A stretch of DNA of 64,000 bases from an uncultured delta proteobacterium (GTDB taxonomy: Bacteria > Desulfobacterota > Syntrophia > Syntrophales > Smithellaceae), in contig CAWKNI010000008.1 of assembly GCA_963851005.1 (NCBI GenBank), positions 449,824 through 513,823 on the forward strand. Reading direction: 5' to 3'. The position numbers and the translations under genes are program-made. Shown here piece by piece: positions 41,672-51,454 of this stretch (positions are counted from its first letter, which is position 1; each line of letters begins with the position of its first letter). The notes under the pieces are model-generated. The model made no database searches. It was not told the DNA's origin and was given only the letters and a program-made list of their open reading frames with translations.

Positions 41672-41968
41672 CTATAGATGACGGGCCAGTTGAATAATCG
41701 TTTCCACCAAAAAATACTGCAAAAAGATAATTACTAGTATAACTATAATCGGCGAAAAATCGATCCCTATATTGCGCATAGGCAATATCCTGCGTATAGG
41801 CCTGAGAACCGGCTCGGTAAAGCGATACAAAAAGATCACGATCTGATTATAGGGGTCGGGATTAACCCACGATATCAAAGCGCGAAAAATAATAATCCAC
41901 ATATAAATCGTTAACGCGATATCAATGACCTTCGCTAGCGCGACAATAAAATTACTTAAAACAAACAT
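41672..41968 (-). CDS. yggT: YggT family membrane protein
   Basis: SWVNPDPYN...TEPVLRPIRR...IDFSP. Confidence 0.9.
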   Translation of the reverse strand: MFVLSNFIVALAKVIDIALTIYMWIIIFRALISWVNPDPYNQIVIFLYRFTEPVLRPIRRILPMRNIGIDFSPIIVILVIIFLQYFLVETIIQLARHL

Positions 41969-41993
41969 AAAAACCTCACTAATTAATGAATGT

Positions 41994-42803
41994 TCAGCTT
42001 TCTTGAGAAACCACTGCTGAAATTGATGCGGCAAATTTTTCCAGAGACATATTAAACTCCACAGGTTTTTCCAACATAACCATGTGGCCGGCGCCTGCAA
42101 TTATTTCCAGCGTTGCTCCGCTAAGGCTTGCGGCAAGTTGACGGGAAAAATCCGGCGGCGTCATTTTATCTTCCGCTCCGCAGATAACCAGAGCAGGTAT
42201 GCTGATTTTACCCGTTTCTAGGGTCAAGTCCAAGTTATTGCAAGCCGAGAGATCACCATATAAAACTTCTACACTTGATTGGGAAAGAGTTTTTCGCAAA
42301 GGAGCGGAAAATTTGTAACGGTTATCCTTTGCCAGCGAATATTTGCAGATTAAATCTATCACCTCCGTGGGTACTACTGGCGGATTTGTTTTCAAGAATT
42401 CTAAAAAGAAAGAGTTAACCGGCATTTTTATGCCGCCGCCAACCAAAACAAATCCCGCAATTTCCTGCGGATAATTTAGAGCGAATCGAAGCGCGATAGC
42501 CGCGCCTAACGAATGGCCAACAAAAATAACTCTCTTCAAATCGAAAATATCAATTAATTTCTTTACCCAAAGACAGTAGGCTTCCACATCTGCCTCTCCG
42601 TTACCGCCGGAACGGCCATGACCCGGAAGGTCAATGGCGAATATATTATTCTGCTTATGGCGTCGGGCATATTGACACGACCAGGCGCTGTGATCACTGC
42701 CTGAACCGTGGATAAAAAGCAAGCTTGGCTTTTCCTTGTCAAAAACGCTGCCATAAATCCAGCAGGCAATTTTTATTGATTCGATATGAAAATATTTAAG
42801 CAT
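41994..42803 (-). CDS. Alpha/beta hydrolase
   Basis: FIHGSG, DLPGHG, GHSLG nucleophile, GH near C-terminus. Confidence 0.88.
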   Translation of the reverse strand: MLKYFHIESIKIACWIYGSVFDKEKPSLLFIHGSGSDHSAWSCQYARRHKQNNIFAIDLPGHGRSGGNGEADVEAYCLWVKKLIDIFDLKRVIFVGHSLGAAIALRFALNYPQEIAGFVLVGGGIKMPVNSFFLEFLKTNPPVVPTEVIDLICKYSLAKDNRYKFSAPLRKTLSQSSVEVLYGDLSACNNLDLTLETGKISIPALVICGAEDKMTPPDFSRQLAASLSGATLEIIAGAGHMVMLEKPVEFNMSLEKFAASISAVVSQES

Positions 42804-42976
42804 ATATTTTAAATCCCGTGAAAGTTAAATATCACAAAAGCAAAAATTAATGCAATTAAAGAAAAGAATGCTGAGAATTTGTTTATAATCAGAGATAAAC
42901 ATTACTTCTGTACTGTTGTTTTTCTTATTTTCCCAATTCATATAACATTTCAAACGATAATCTGTATTTCTTTAAA

Positions 42977-43021
42977 TTTTAACTGGTCCGTCATCATTTT
43001 GTAACACACAACGTGTACGAT
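42977..43021 (+). promoter_or_regulatory. Pho box promoter of porin gene
   Basis: TTTTAAC-4-CCGTCAT-4-TTGTAAC (11-bp period), 10 nt, TACGAT. Confidence 0.7.
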
Positions 43022-43079
43022 GTCTTCACAATTGCATAAAGATAAGCAAGAAAAAATTTTTAATTTAGGAGGAAAAAAG

Positions 43080-44504
43080 ATGAAGAAAATTTGGTTAGTT
43101 TTGTTGTCGCTGGGGCTAATTATGGTCTTCGGCGCGTCGGCTTTTGCGGTCGACGTTAATGTCAGCGGATCGTACTACGTCGGCGGTTTGTATTTAAATA
43201 AAGTTGCTGTAGCGGATAATGGCTCTAGCCCCGATCCCAGTACGGCTTTCTTTTATCAGAGACTACGGGTTGAGACAGACTTTATCGTATCTCCGGGATT
43301 GAAACTAATAACCCGTTTTGACGCTTTGGAGAGAGTCTGGGGTGGAGCGAGAAGTGCTCCCACATCTGGAAGCTTAACACCCGTTTCCTCCCTGGCAGTA
43401 GATTCTGCCGGAACAGTGGCGGAGAATGAAAACATTGCCTTCGACTGGGCTTATATCGATTACACGTCGCCGATCGGAACCTTTGATGTAGGTTATCAGG
43501 AAGTTGGAAGCACAGGAACAGTATTCGGCAACAGTACTACTCCCGGAGGCAGGATAAAATATACCTCTCTGCCTCTTGGTCCCTTTATCATTAAGGCGGA
43601 TATTACAAAAGTGGCAGATAATAGCTATTACTATAATAATCCAGTTTCCTATACCAATGCCGACGATAATCAGTATGGTCTGGAAGGGATTTACCAGTGG
43701 AAAGACGGCAAGGCAGGTATGAAAATCCAGTTTAATGATTACGCAGATCCCGAACAAAATTCAACACCGTCATCAGAATATGCAAAAAAATACTTTGTTT
43801 TCACGCCTTATGTTATTGCTAAAATCGGTCCTGTAAATGTACAGGCGGAAGTCAACTATGCCACAGGTAAATATAAGCAATATGATAGCAACAGCGGTAA
43901 TACAGACGTTTCTATTTCCAACCTGACTGCTTTTCTTGATGCAACCGCTCAGTTAGCTCCATTCTATGTGGGCGGCACACTTGCTTACGTGTCCGGCAAC
44001 GACCCCAACAACACGACTCAACAAACAGGCGGTACGCTGAATGGAGGAACGGACTGGAATCCCTGTCTGATTCTTTTTAGCTATTATGATTTAACTAATT
44101 GGGTTGGCCCCGTTTACGGCTACAATTCTACAGCTCCGACCGCTCCTGGTAAAGCCGGTACCAGCATGGTTGACGGTCCCATGTCCAACGCCTGGTTCTT
44201 CCAAGGCAGAGTCGGTGTAAAACCCATTTCCGATTTGGATATCATGCTGTCAATATCTTATGCTGAAGTGGATAAGGAACCTACAGCTAACGGTAAACCA
44301 TCAAGTTCTACGAATCCACTCTTTGTCGGCGGAACCTATGGTACGGAAGTTGATCTTACCGGGAATTACAAAATCACCAATAACTTGTCTTATATGTTGG
44401 GCTTTGGTTACCTCTTCACCGGCGATTATTTCAAAGGTACAAGTGGCAGCAACCAGGTTGATAACGATTACCTGCTCATCAATAAACTTACTCTTACTTT
44501 CTGA
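43080..44504 (+). CDS. Outer-membrane beta-barrel porin (deltaproteobacterial type), probably Pi-starvation induced
   Basis: AGGAGG RBS, signal peptide, amphipathic strands, terminal F; Pho box. Confidence 0.8.
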   Translation: MKKIWLVLLSLGLIMVFGASAFAVDVNVSGSYYVGGLYLNKVAVADNGSSPDPSTAFFYQRLRVETDFIVSPGLKLITRFDALERVWGGARSAPTSGSLTPVSSLAVDSAGTVAENENIAFDWAYIDYTSPIGTFDVGYQEVGSTGTVFGNSTTPGGRIKYTSLPLGPFIIKADITKVADNSYYYNNPVSYTNADDNQYGLEGIYQWKDGKAGMKIQFNDYADPEQNSTPSSEYAKKYFVFTPYVIAKIGPVNVQAEVNYATGKYKQYDSNSGNTDVSISNLTAFLDATAQLAPFYVGGTLAYVSGNDPNNTTQQTGGTLNGGTDWNPCLILFSYYDLTNWVGPVYGYNSTAPTAPGKAGTSMVDGPMSNAWFFQGRVGVKPISDLDIMLSISYAEVDKEPTANGKPSSSTNPLFVGGTYGTEVDLTGNYKITNNLSYMLGFGYLFTGDYFKGTSGSNQVDNDYLLINKLTLTF

Positions 44505-44533
44505 GAGCAGAATTGTTGTTTAATTGTTAATTT

Positions 44534-44574
44534 AAATTCCCGGGAGGGCTGACAAAAACCTCCCGGGAATTTTT
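44534..44574 (+). terminator. Intrinsic terminator
   Basis: aaattcccgggagg...cctcccgggaattttt. Confidence 0.75.
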
Positions 44575-44788
44575 ACGAAACTCCAATTTTAAAAACGTAG
44601 TGTATTGAAATTGGCAAGCCGAATTATCCAGTGTAGGTTATGGGTAGTGAAACAAAAATTTCAGAAGCACAGTGCGTTTAAACTTGTTGAACAAACTATC
44701 CCACACGAGCAATGATCAATTTTACTAACATGATATACTGTTTCGGAATTTCTCATCTTATAATTTCAGACAGGGATGTAAAAGAAAA

Positions 44789-45256
44789 ATGAAAATTCCG
44801 ACCATGAATAAGGTGTTTAATCTGGCCATTAAAATTATTGTCATCATACTTACCGTGTTTATTATTGCCGTGCTGTTTGTTGGCCTGTTTCACACGATTT
44901 GGGGGATTAAAGAATTTTTATTTACAAAGTCTATCGGCCAATCGTTCAACGTCATCGTCGTCAATATTTTAACTTTTCTTGTCATCATCGAATTATTCAG
45001 GAGTTTTGTCGTCTATTTTGAGACACACCGGTTTCGTTTGAGCACGATGATTGATCCGGCTATTATATTTGTTATCCGTGAATTAATCGTCAAGCTTTAC
45101 GGCGAACAAAACATGTCCTGGGAAATAATTGCCGCTTTTGGATTCCTTCTTTTGTGTCTAGGGATCATCAGAAGCCTTGCCGTCAAGTACAGTCCCAGTG
45201 ATGAAACCGGGGAATGCAAAAGGCCTTCACAGTCCTCCAGTGAAATGCTTCTTTAA
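44789..45256 (+). CDS. psiE: Phosphate-starvation-inducible PsiE family membrane protein
   Basis: Four TM helices, L...IIELF...AII..IRELI pattern. Confidence 0.75.
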   Translation: MKIPTMNKVFNLAIKIIVIILTVFIIAVLFVGLFHTIWGIKEFLFTKSIGQSFNVIVVNILTFLVIIELFRSFVVYFETHRFRLSTMIDPAIIFVIRELIVKLYGEQNMSWEIIAAFGFLLLCLGIIRSLAVKYSPSDETGECKRPSQSSSEMLL

Positions 45257-46171
45257 GGCTTCTTTCATCTGATTCCACATCTGCGGTCCGACACTGTCTT
45301 TGTCAATGATCAAATGATAGGAGACGTTTTCGCCGATATGATTGTCTTTGCGTACAACATGAACTTGCCAACGTTCAAGTTTTCTCTGTGTTATAATTTC
45401 GTTCAGTTTTACGAAAGGCACAAATTCATCTTTTTCATCGATAAAAATAAGCGTTGGTCTGTTCAACTTATCATTCGCATTCTTATTAAAATGATCAATA
45501 GCTTCGAACAAAGCCTTGTAGGCCGCCATTGGTGTGCCCTCGTTTGAGCGATAGTATATCGGGGACAAGCTGTCAATAACCATATTGGGAAACGGCATCA
45601 GGGCTTTTAACAGGTAGCCTTCCACTGTGATACTCAATGCCGGCGCGAACAAAACCATACTGTCGTAAAACACATCGTGCCGTGACAGTAAGAGGTCGCA
45701 CCCCATCAGCCCACCTAAGGAATACCCGACAAAGAAGACAGGAACTCTTTTCTTGTAAGCCCTTTGTCTCACTTTTAAATAAGCTGAATACATTTCCTCC
45801 AGCCACAAACGATACGTTACTGTTTGGAATGACTCCAGTCTGGCCTCGTCGTCGGATAAATGGGGATTCCTCAGATAGTTGTTGCCATGTCCCCGAAGGG
45901 ATAGGTTCAGAACATCAATGCCTGTGTCATTGAGCTCGCTGATAATGGATTGCATTCGTTCAGGTTTCAGATTGAGACCGTGCGCAACCAGGGCAACACC
46001 CTTTACCCTTTTTGTCCTTTCAATTTTGTACCACTGCGTAGAATTATCATGATTAACGATCAGTTTTTCCAATGACGATATTGGGTTGGCAAATTTATTG
46101 CCGAACAACAAATAAAAACAAAAAGCGGACACTATTAATAAAATGAGGATAATGACAAGGCGTTTTACCAT
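45227..46171 (-). CDS. Membrane-anchored alpha/beta hydrolase (lysophospholipase/monoacylglycerol lipase-like)
   Basis: N-terminal TM, HGL, LRGHG, GYSLGG. Confidence 0.8.
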   Translation of the reverse strand: MVKRLVIILILLIVSAFCFYLLFGNKFANPISSLEKLIVNHDNSTQWYKIERTKRVKGVALVAHGLNLKPERMQSIISELNDTGIDVLNLSLRGHGNNYLRNPHLSDDEARLESFQTVTYRLWLEEMYSAYLKVRQRAYKKRVPVFFVGYSLGGLMGCDLLLSRHDVFYDSMVLFAPALSITVEGYLLKALMPFPNMVIDSLSPIYYRSNEGTPMAAYKALFEAIDHFNKNANDKLNRPTLIFIDEKDEFVPFVKLNEIITQRKLERWQVHVVRKDNHIGENVSYHLIIDKDSVGPQMWNQMKEALKKHFTGGL

Positions 46172-46224
46172 TATTAAAAACTTATAGCGGTTAATTGTTT
46201 AATATGTAATAGCTTTAATAAAGG

Positions 46225-47277
46225 TTAAATGTTTTCCCTAAGCACATGAATTTCTATGAGGGAGGTAGTGACCCTGCTTTTTCCCATGTAAAGAAATATA
46301 GCTATCCACAAAGCTAAAAAGAAAATCAATAGAGCAGGATTCCATAGGGTGGCAAGTCCCCGTGCTAAATCCGGTGTACCCGTAAACGTTTGGTTAAATA
46401 TATACGCAATGAATAAACCGTAGCAACAGGCAACTAACGCCATTATCTGGTAGCCGGATATTTTCCCCTCTCCGCGGAAATCAGCACGCAAAAATTCGGA
46501 GAACGCCCGCCATATTTGTGTCATAATCAGCGTCAAAACAAAGGCAGCAGTCGTAAAACCTTTGAGAAAAAGATAGCAGCCGACAAGACCTGTTAAACTG
46601 TAAATCACGGTTGTCAGTGCCTGGACGGGAATGACTCGCTGGCCATCAAACGCATCAGCATAAGCAATTTTTTTTGTCTTGCCTTTGAAAATAAAATTAT
46701 GTTTCTGAAATATTTTATTGATCAAAGGGGAATAATCTGCCAGAGGTTTTCCGTAGCAGCAGCCGAAGCTGATACAAGCCAGTCTGCCGATTCCTTCGCC
46801 CAGCGTGTATGCAATTGACATGGTGGCCAGAGCATTTATTGGGAGGATGTTGAAGCCAAGCCATTTACCTAATGTTATGTTGCTCAGTAAAATGATCCAC
46901 GGTGCGGCAATGATTCCAATAAATGAAGCGCCGCCGATAGTAAAAGTATTCTGCTTTTTCTCAATTAAAAAAGCAATCATTTTTGCCGCGGGCAGGCAGA
47001 TTGCGAGAAACAGAGTCAACAAAGATAGACTGGCAATAAGCGGTGTGAATAATGAGTTTATAAGAATAAGAAACATGCAGACGGCAAATACTACGGCTAC
47101 GGCATTGAAAAAACCATACCAGGTCAGATTCCATCCCTGCCAGTTGCCATCTGTCAGTTTCAGGTATGGAAGACAGCCGATGATTTGCCATCGTTCATCA
47201 GGCAGAGTCTGAAATGCCCACCGGAAAATTAACAGCAAAGCGATAAATAGAATTGCTATAAAAATTTCATTAAGCAT
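46225..47277 (-). CDS. Divergent Lgt-like (diacylglyceryl transferase family) membrane protein
   Basis: WYGFF, GIGRLAC.SFGCCYG, PVQ, RAFSEFLRAD. Confidence 0.75.
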   Translation of the reverse strand: MLNEIFIAILFIALLLIFRWAFQTLPDERWQIIGCLPYLKLTDGNWQGWNLTWYGFFNAVAVVFAVCMFLILINSLFTPLIASLSLLTLFLAICLPAAKMIAFLIEKKQNTFTIGGASFIGIIAAPWIILLSNITLGKWLGFNILPINALATMSIAYTLGEGIGRLACISFGCCYGKPLADYSPLINKIFQKHNFIFKGKTKKIAYADAFDGQRVIPVQALTTVIYSLTGLVGCYLFLKGFTTAAFVLTLIMTQIWRAFSEFLRADFRGEGKISGYQIMALVACCYGLFIAYIFNQTFTGTPDLARGLATLWNPALLIFFLALWIAIFLYMGKSRVTTSLIEIHVLRENI

Positions 47278-47671
47278 TGATGTATGAGATTCTGCCTACA
47301 TATTGGCGTCTATGTTTTTGTTTATTATGCCGGGATTCAATTTCGTCCTGACACATTACGCAAAGCTTGCTCATCGGCGCAGCCTTCAGCCTTTTTTGCG
47401 ATATTGGACGGCCGCAATGGTCGCAAATGCCAAAGAGTCCATAATCAATGCGCAGAATAGTTTCCTTTATATCGAGTAGTAAATGCCATTCTTTATCTAG
47501 GCAGTTAAGCTCAATATCTTTGCTTGCCTCAATTGCGGCCTGATCAAAAGGATCGGCAAACTTATCGTCGTTTTTTTTAAGTTTGATCATAGTATGATCG
47601 GCCGACTTGCGTAAATCTTCCATTTTTTGAACCAGAAGATTACGAATATGAGCCATTTTATCTTTTTTCAT
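47270..47671 (-). CDS. DksA/TraR C4-zinc-finger protein
   Basis: DPFDQA (DxxDxA), CDHC...CVMC; GGAGG RBS. Confidence 0.88.
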   Translation of the reverse strand: MKKDKMAHIRNLLVQKMEDLRKSADHTMIKLKKNDDKFADPFDQAAIEASKDIELNCLDKEWHLLLDIKETILRIDYGLFGICDHCGRPISQKRLKAAPMSKLCVMCQDEIESRHNKQKHRRQYVGRISYINA

Positions 47672-47699
47672 GATGACCTCCTTTTTAAAAGAAAAAATA

Positions 47700-48716
47700 T
47701 TAGTTTGACGTTTTCTGTGTATATGCGCTGCCAATGTACGACCTGACTCTTACGTCGGTTTCCACCAGTGATTTACCGAAACCCAGAGAGAAGATGCTCT
47801 GGGCATCCGGATAAGACATATTGGCGGTAATATCATCGGCAAACCTCACTCTTTCTTTTTGAAATATCAAAACTATAGTAGAGCTACCTGGACGAAACAG
47901 GCTCTTGGGCATGCCCTTTTTAACAAACATTCCCGTTCCCACGGACAGCGGATTTTCATATTCTTTTTCGCTGTAGCACTGGACGATGTCGCCAATCATT
48001 AAGGCTACTACTTCAATCATGGCGACAATGCCCACACAAGATCCTCCCTCTACATCAGTGTCAATAATGGTCACAACCCGCTTATTTTTGGAATAAGGAG
48101 TAACTACCGATACCACGGCGTTGGGATTACAGGCATGGTAAAAGCCGGGTATTTGATAGAAGTCAATAACCCTGCCGGCAACCGGTGTATGATTGTAATG
48201 ATACTTTTCCGGCGTCAAACGAAAAATGGCAAAATCACCATCCTGAAAAGCGGCAAGCCATGTTCTTTTGTTGCATCCGAGCATTTCTTCATAGTCGAAA
48301 AATTTTCCTTTAATGAATATGCTTGACGTTTCGGCAAAAGATCCGAAGAGCATCCGGGAGTCGGCAGGGGAAAGAATCGCCAAAGGGTCATTGGGCATAA
48401 GACGGCATTGCCAGTAACGGATTTTTCGCTCAAAAATTTTTCTTAATGAATCCATTTTTTCCGGTGGATCAACGCACTTTTCTTCATTGATACTCAGGAC
48501 CGATTGGAGATTCAAATGGTCTTTCATTCTATCCGCCAGAATGCCGTAATAGTTTATGTAGCTCAAAAAGCGGGATACCCTTGCGCTGGTCAGTCTGCGA
48601 AAAAGCCAGGGAGATTGTTCACGTATGTTCGAATACAAAAACTGAACTGCTTGATTTCCATATAATGTTTCTGTATTAACTTTCCTTGTATTGCGTTCAA
48701 TATATTGATGCTTCAT
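47700..48716 (-). CDS. psd: Phosphatidylserine decarboxylase-like pyruvoyl enzyme
   Basis: SPADSR, RL.P.KYH.NH.P, FRPGSST self-cleavage motif. Confidence 0.8.
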   Translation of the reverse strand: MKHQYIERNTRKVNTETLYGNQAVQFLYSNIREQSPWLFRRLTSARVSRFLSYINYYGILADRMKDHLNLQSVLSINEEKCVDPPEKMDSLRKIFERKIRYWQCRLMPNDPLAILSPADSRMLFGSFAETSSIFIKGKFFDYEEMLGCNKRTWLAAFQDGDFAIFRLTPEKYHYNHTPVAGRVIDFYQIPGFYHACNPNAVVSVVTPYSKNKRVVTIIDTDVEGGSCVGIVAMIEVVALMIGDIVQCYSEKEYENPLSVGTGMFVKKGMPKSLFRPGSSTIVLIFQKERVRFADDITANMSYPDAQSIFSLGFGKSLVETDVRVRSYIGSAYTQKTSN

Positions 48717-48749
48717 GTTCCTCTTTGATGCCAGATTACCTTTTTTAGT

Positions 48750-51203
48750 TTATTTTGCGGTCTCTTTATAATTTATTTTCCAATAATGAGATTCCTGAAA
48801 TTTAGAATAAAAATTATTTTTGTAATGTATGTATGCCAGAATAAGATAGACAAGTTTTTCCAGAGTCTGTGGTTCTGCCTTTCCCCGTATTACTTCACTT
48901 TGAGCGGTTTCCATAAATGAAGCCGGATTTTTCCCCCGCAGAATGCTATGTAGCAGGCTTCTCATCTCATGGCTGACACCGCTCACCGCTTGATCCAGTT
49001 TAATAATATCTTCACGCAGAATATTAAAAGATTCCATGATATGCTGTTTGCGTAACACCGTGCGATAGTATTTTTCTGCAGCCAGATTAAATGTGTCCGC
49101 TTGAAGATTCATTGGTGATTTTGCATTAGCCCGGTTTAGAATTCCGCGGGTTAGTTTACCCGAAGCAGCGAAATTATCCGGCTCATTAATCCTGTACTCT
49201 AGATCCCGGATGGACTCTCTCATGCCGAGCATCTCGATTATATCGGCGGCATCATCGCGAATAATACCCAGTAAGGCGCGCCGGTATTCTATGTTGTAAA
49301 TTCTGTTATATCCGGTATAGCGTCGGCTTGACCGGACCCTTTGTGTTTTCTCAATAATATGTTTCAGGAAAATATTGCCTGTATTTCGATGCACAAAAAA
49401 AGTAGGAATGCTAATCGCGCTGCCAAAAATAATTTGTCGTCTTTCACTTTCAATAAACGGATCGTCCGGTATGTTTTCATGACCGATCTGGCCTGTGGCA
49501 ATATATTTGAATGCCAGGAGGTAAATAAGATTTTGCAGGTTGACCGCTTGGCCCATATCCGGCATGAAGCTGTCAAATAAACTGTAGTGGCGGCCCTCAA
49601 AACCGGAAAAACCCATATTATTGTGTTCACGCAGTTTATCGAAAAGGTAGAGTGACATTTTGGTATCAAAGACGCCGAGGTCGGCAAGATCTTGTTTAAG
49701 CTGCTGACTATTGTGCAGCTTGCCGTTAAGTGCCGGACTTTTTTCTGTGCTCAAGAGAGCAACAAGATAATCGATTAAACGAAAATCGGGCACGAAATCT
49801 CCTGATAGATGAAAGATGGAGCTAGCCAGTTGATCAATTCTTCGTGGCCCAAACGGTGTCAGTGGGTATCCCACTATGTTGAGATCGGCTTTCTTTTGCC
49901 AGCGCCGCCAGAGCATACGCAGATGAGTGTAATCCAACTCATGTGGTAGAAAACCAAGCGCCTTCTCGGGATGAAAATCCGTAAAGCCAAGCCGGTAAGG
50001 TGCTGCCGTGTAAGTGCCGACAAAAAGAGGAAGGAAGTGTTCCACAATTTTTACAACTAAATCTCCTAAATATTTCTCATGATGCCGGGTATAGCCGGAA
50101 GATGAGTCGCTAAGCAGGGAGCTCAGCTTGAGACTTCCCATGCTGACATGAGTGCCGTTGTTGGCAAGGCTGATATTGGAAAGATTAGGCAGCGAAACCA
50201 GATTACTGGTGATGATTCCCGCTTCCCGGAGTTTTAACACGGCGTTAAACTGGCTGCGGCTCAATACACGGTGGCACAGGTGCATGTATTCATTTTTTTC
50301 TTCTCCTTTATTCCAGCCGGAAAGGCAGGGGTTCATAAAAAGTTCGCGATAAAACGAATCGGAAATACAGTGACTTAAAACTTTCTGCCTGACGGGTGGG
50401 TGCGGTGAAAAAAACATCAATGCTTCCTGACCGTTTTCCTGGAGAGCAAATTTTTTGTTGGCATACATGATCAAAATCTGCCCCAAAAGATAGCGTATCG
50501 CCATTTCCTTGGCGACATTTCTACCTATACTGTTTGCCGATTGTATGGAACTGATATAGAAAGATGATGTTTCCGGCGATGTATTATCATTGAGAAAATG
50601 GTCCATGACTTTCAGACCGGTTTTGCCAATTAATGGATTGGTAAAATCTGATGAGCCTATTATCTCGACAAGTGATATTTTTAAAAGATAGCTGATGGGT
50701 ATTCGGACATACTCCTCTCCATTTTGTTGATAAAGAAAACGGCTTATATCTATACGATTGCCGCTTAATGGATTTTCTTTATCTGCCGAAAGATCATGTA
50801 GAAATATTAGCTTTGTGTATTTTCCCATTTTTTTTGCAGAGAATCGCACCCAGCTGTTCTCCCAGACATCTTCATTGTTTGCGTTTAAATATTGTTCCAG
50901 ATCGGTCATGATTTTTGTTGATGTGTCACCGGATTTGGCTCTCTTGCGAATATTCTCTAGATAATTGGATTGTTCTATAACAAGCGGCAGATCGACATCC
51001 ATTCTTTTGCCAATCACAACCGTTTGCATTTCGGATTCGCTGCCGGCGGTGATGTCTTCAGGCGCAAAAGGTAGAGAACCAACATCTATGCCCAATCGGT
51101 CATATTGAATACCGATCAAATGCATCAGCTCTCTGGTTGACTTTGTTATGGATATATCCGTTTTGACAGGATACTGAACTACACTGCTATTCATTTTACT
51201 CAA
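48750..51203 (-). CDS. Uncharacterised 817-aa protein, probable GS/glutamate-cysteine-ligase-fold carboxylate-amine ligase
   Basis: Long ORF with RBS; AGSESE, NGTHVS and FEGR motifs in the expected order (fold is inference). Confidence 0.6.
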   Translation of the reverse strand: MSKMNSSVVQYPVKTDISITKSTRELMHLIGIQYDRLGIDVGSLPFAPEDITAGSESEMQTVVIGKRMDVDLPLVIEQSNYLENIRKRAKSGDTSTKIMTDLEQYLNANNEDVWENSWVRFSAKKMGKYTKLIFLHDLSADKENPLSGNRIDISRFLYQQNGEEYVRIPISYLLKISLVEIIGSSDFTNPLIGKTGLKVMDHFLNDNTSPETSSFYISSIQSANSIGRNVAKEMAIRYLLGQILIMYANKKFALQENGQEALMFFSPHPPVRQKVLSHCISDSFYRELFMNPCLSGWNKGEEKNEYMHLCHRVLSRSQFNAVLKLREAGIITSNLVSLPNLSNISLANNGTHVSMGSLKLSSLLSDSSSGYTRHHEKYLGDLVVKIVEHFLPLFVGTYTAAPYRLGFTDFHPEKALGFLPHELDYTHLRMLWRRWQKKADLNIVGYPLTPFGPRRIDQLASSIFHLSGDFVPDFRLIDYLVALLSTEKSPALNGKLHNSQQLKQDLADLGVFDTKMSLYLFDKLREHNNMGFSGFEGRHYSLFDSFMPDMGQAVNLQNLIYLLAFKYIATGQIGHENIPDDPFIESERRQIIFGSAISIPTFFVHRNTGNIFLKHIIEKTQRVRSSRRYTGYNRIYNIEYRRALLGIIRDDAADIIEMLGMRESIRDLEYRINEPDNFAASGKLTRGILNRANAKSPMNLQADTFNLAAEKYYRTVLRKQHIMESFNILREDIIKLDQAVSGVSHEMRSLLHSILRGKNPASFMETAQSEVIRGKAEPQTLEKLVYLILAYIHYKNNFYSKFQESHYWKINYKETAK

Positions 51204-51249
51204 GTGTTTAATAATTCCTTTTTGACCTTCTTTCCATATTTTCAGCAGT

Positions 51250-51283
51250 AAAATAGCATGTCAATATTTCAGTATGATGACAT
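51250..51283 (-). promoter_or_regulatory. Pho box promoter of the 817-aa/psd/dksA/lgt operon
   Basis: Minus strand ATGTCAT-cata-CTGAAAT, 10 nt, TATTTT. Confidence 0.65.
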
Positions 51284-51454
51284 TAAGTAAAAGATTTGGT
51301 GAATATATTGAGAGATCAAGAACAAAATAACACGGGGTTTGATTCTAATCTAATTGACAGACGAACCCAAATTTCTTATACTCGCGAATGAAAAAGAAAG
51401 TTTACGCATTAAAAATGCAACATTCAACACATTCTTCTTATGGAATAATTTTTT

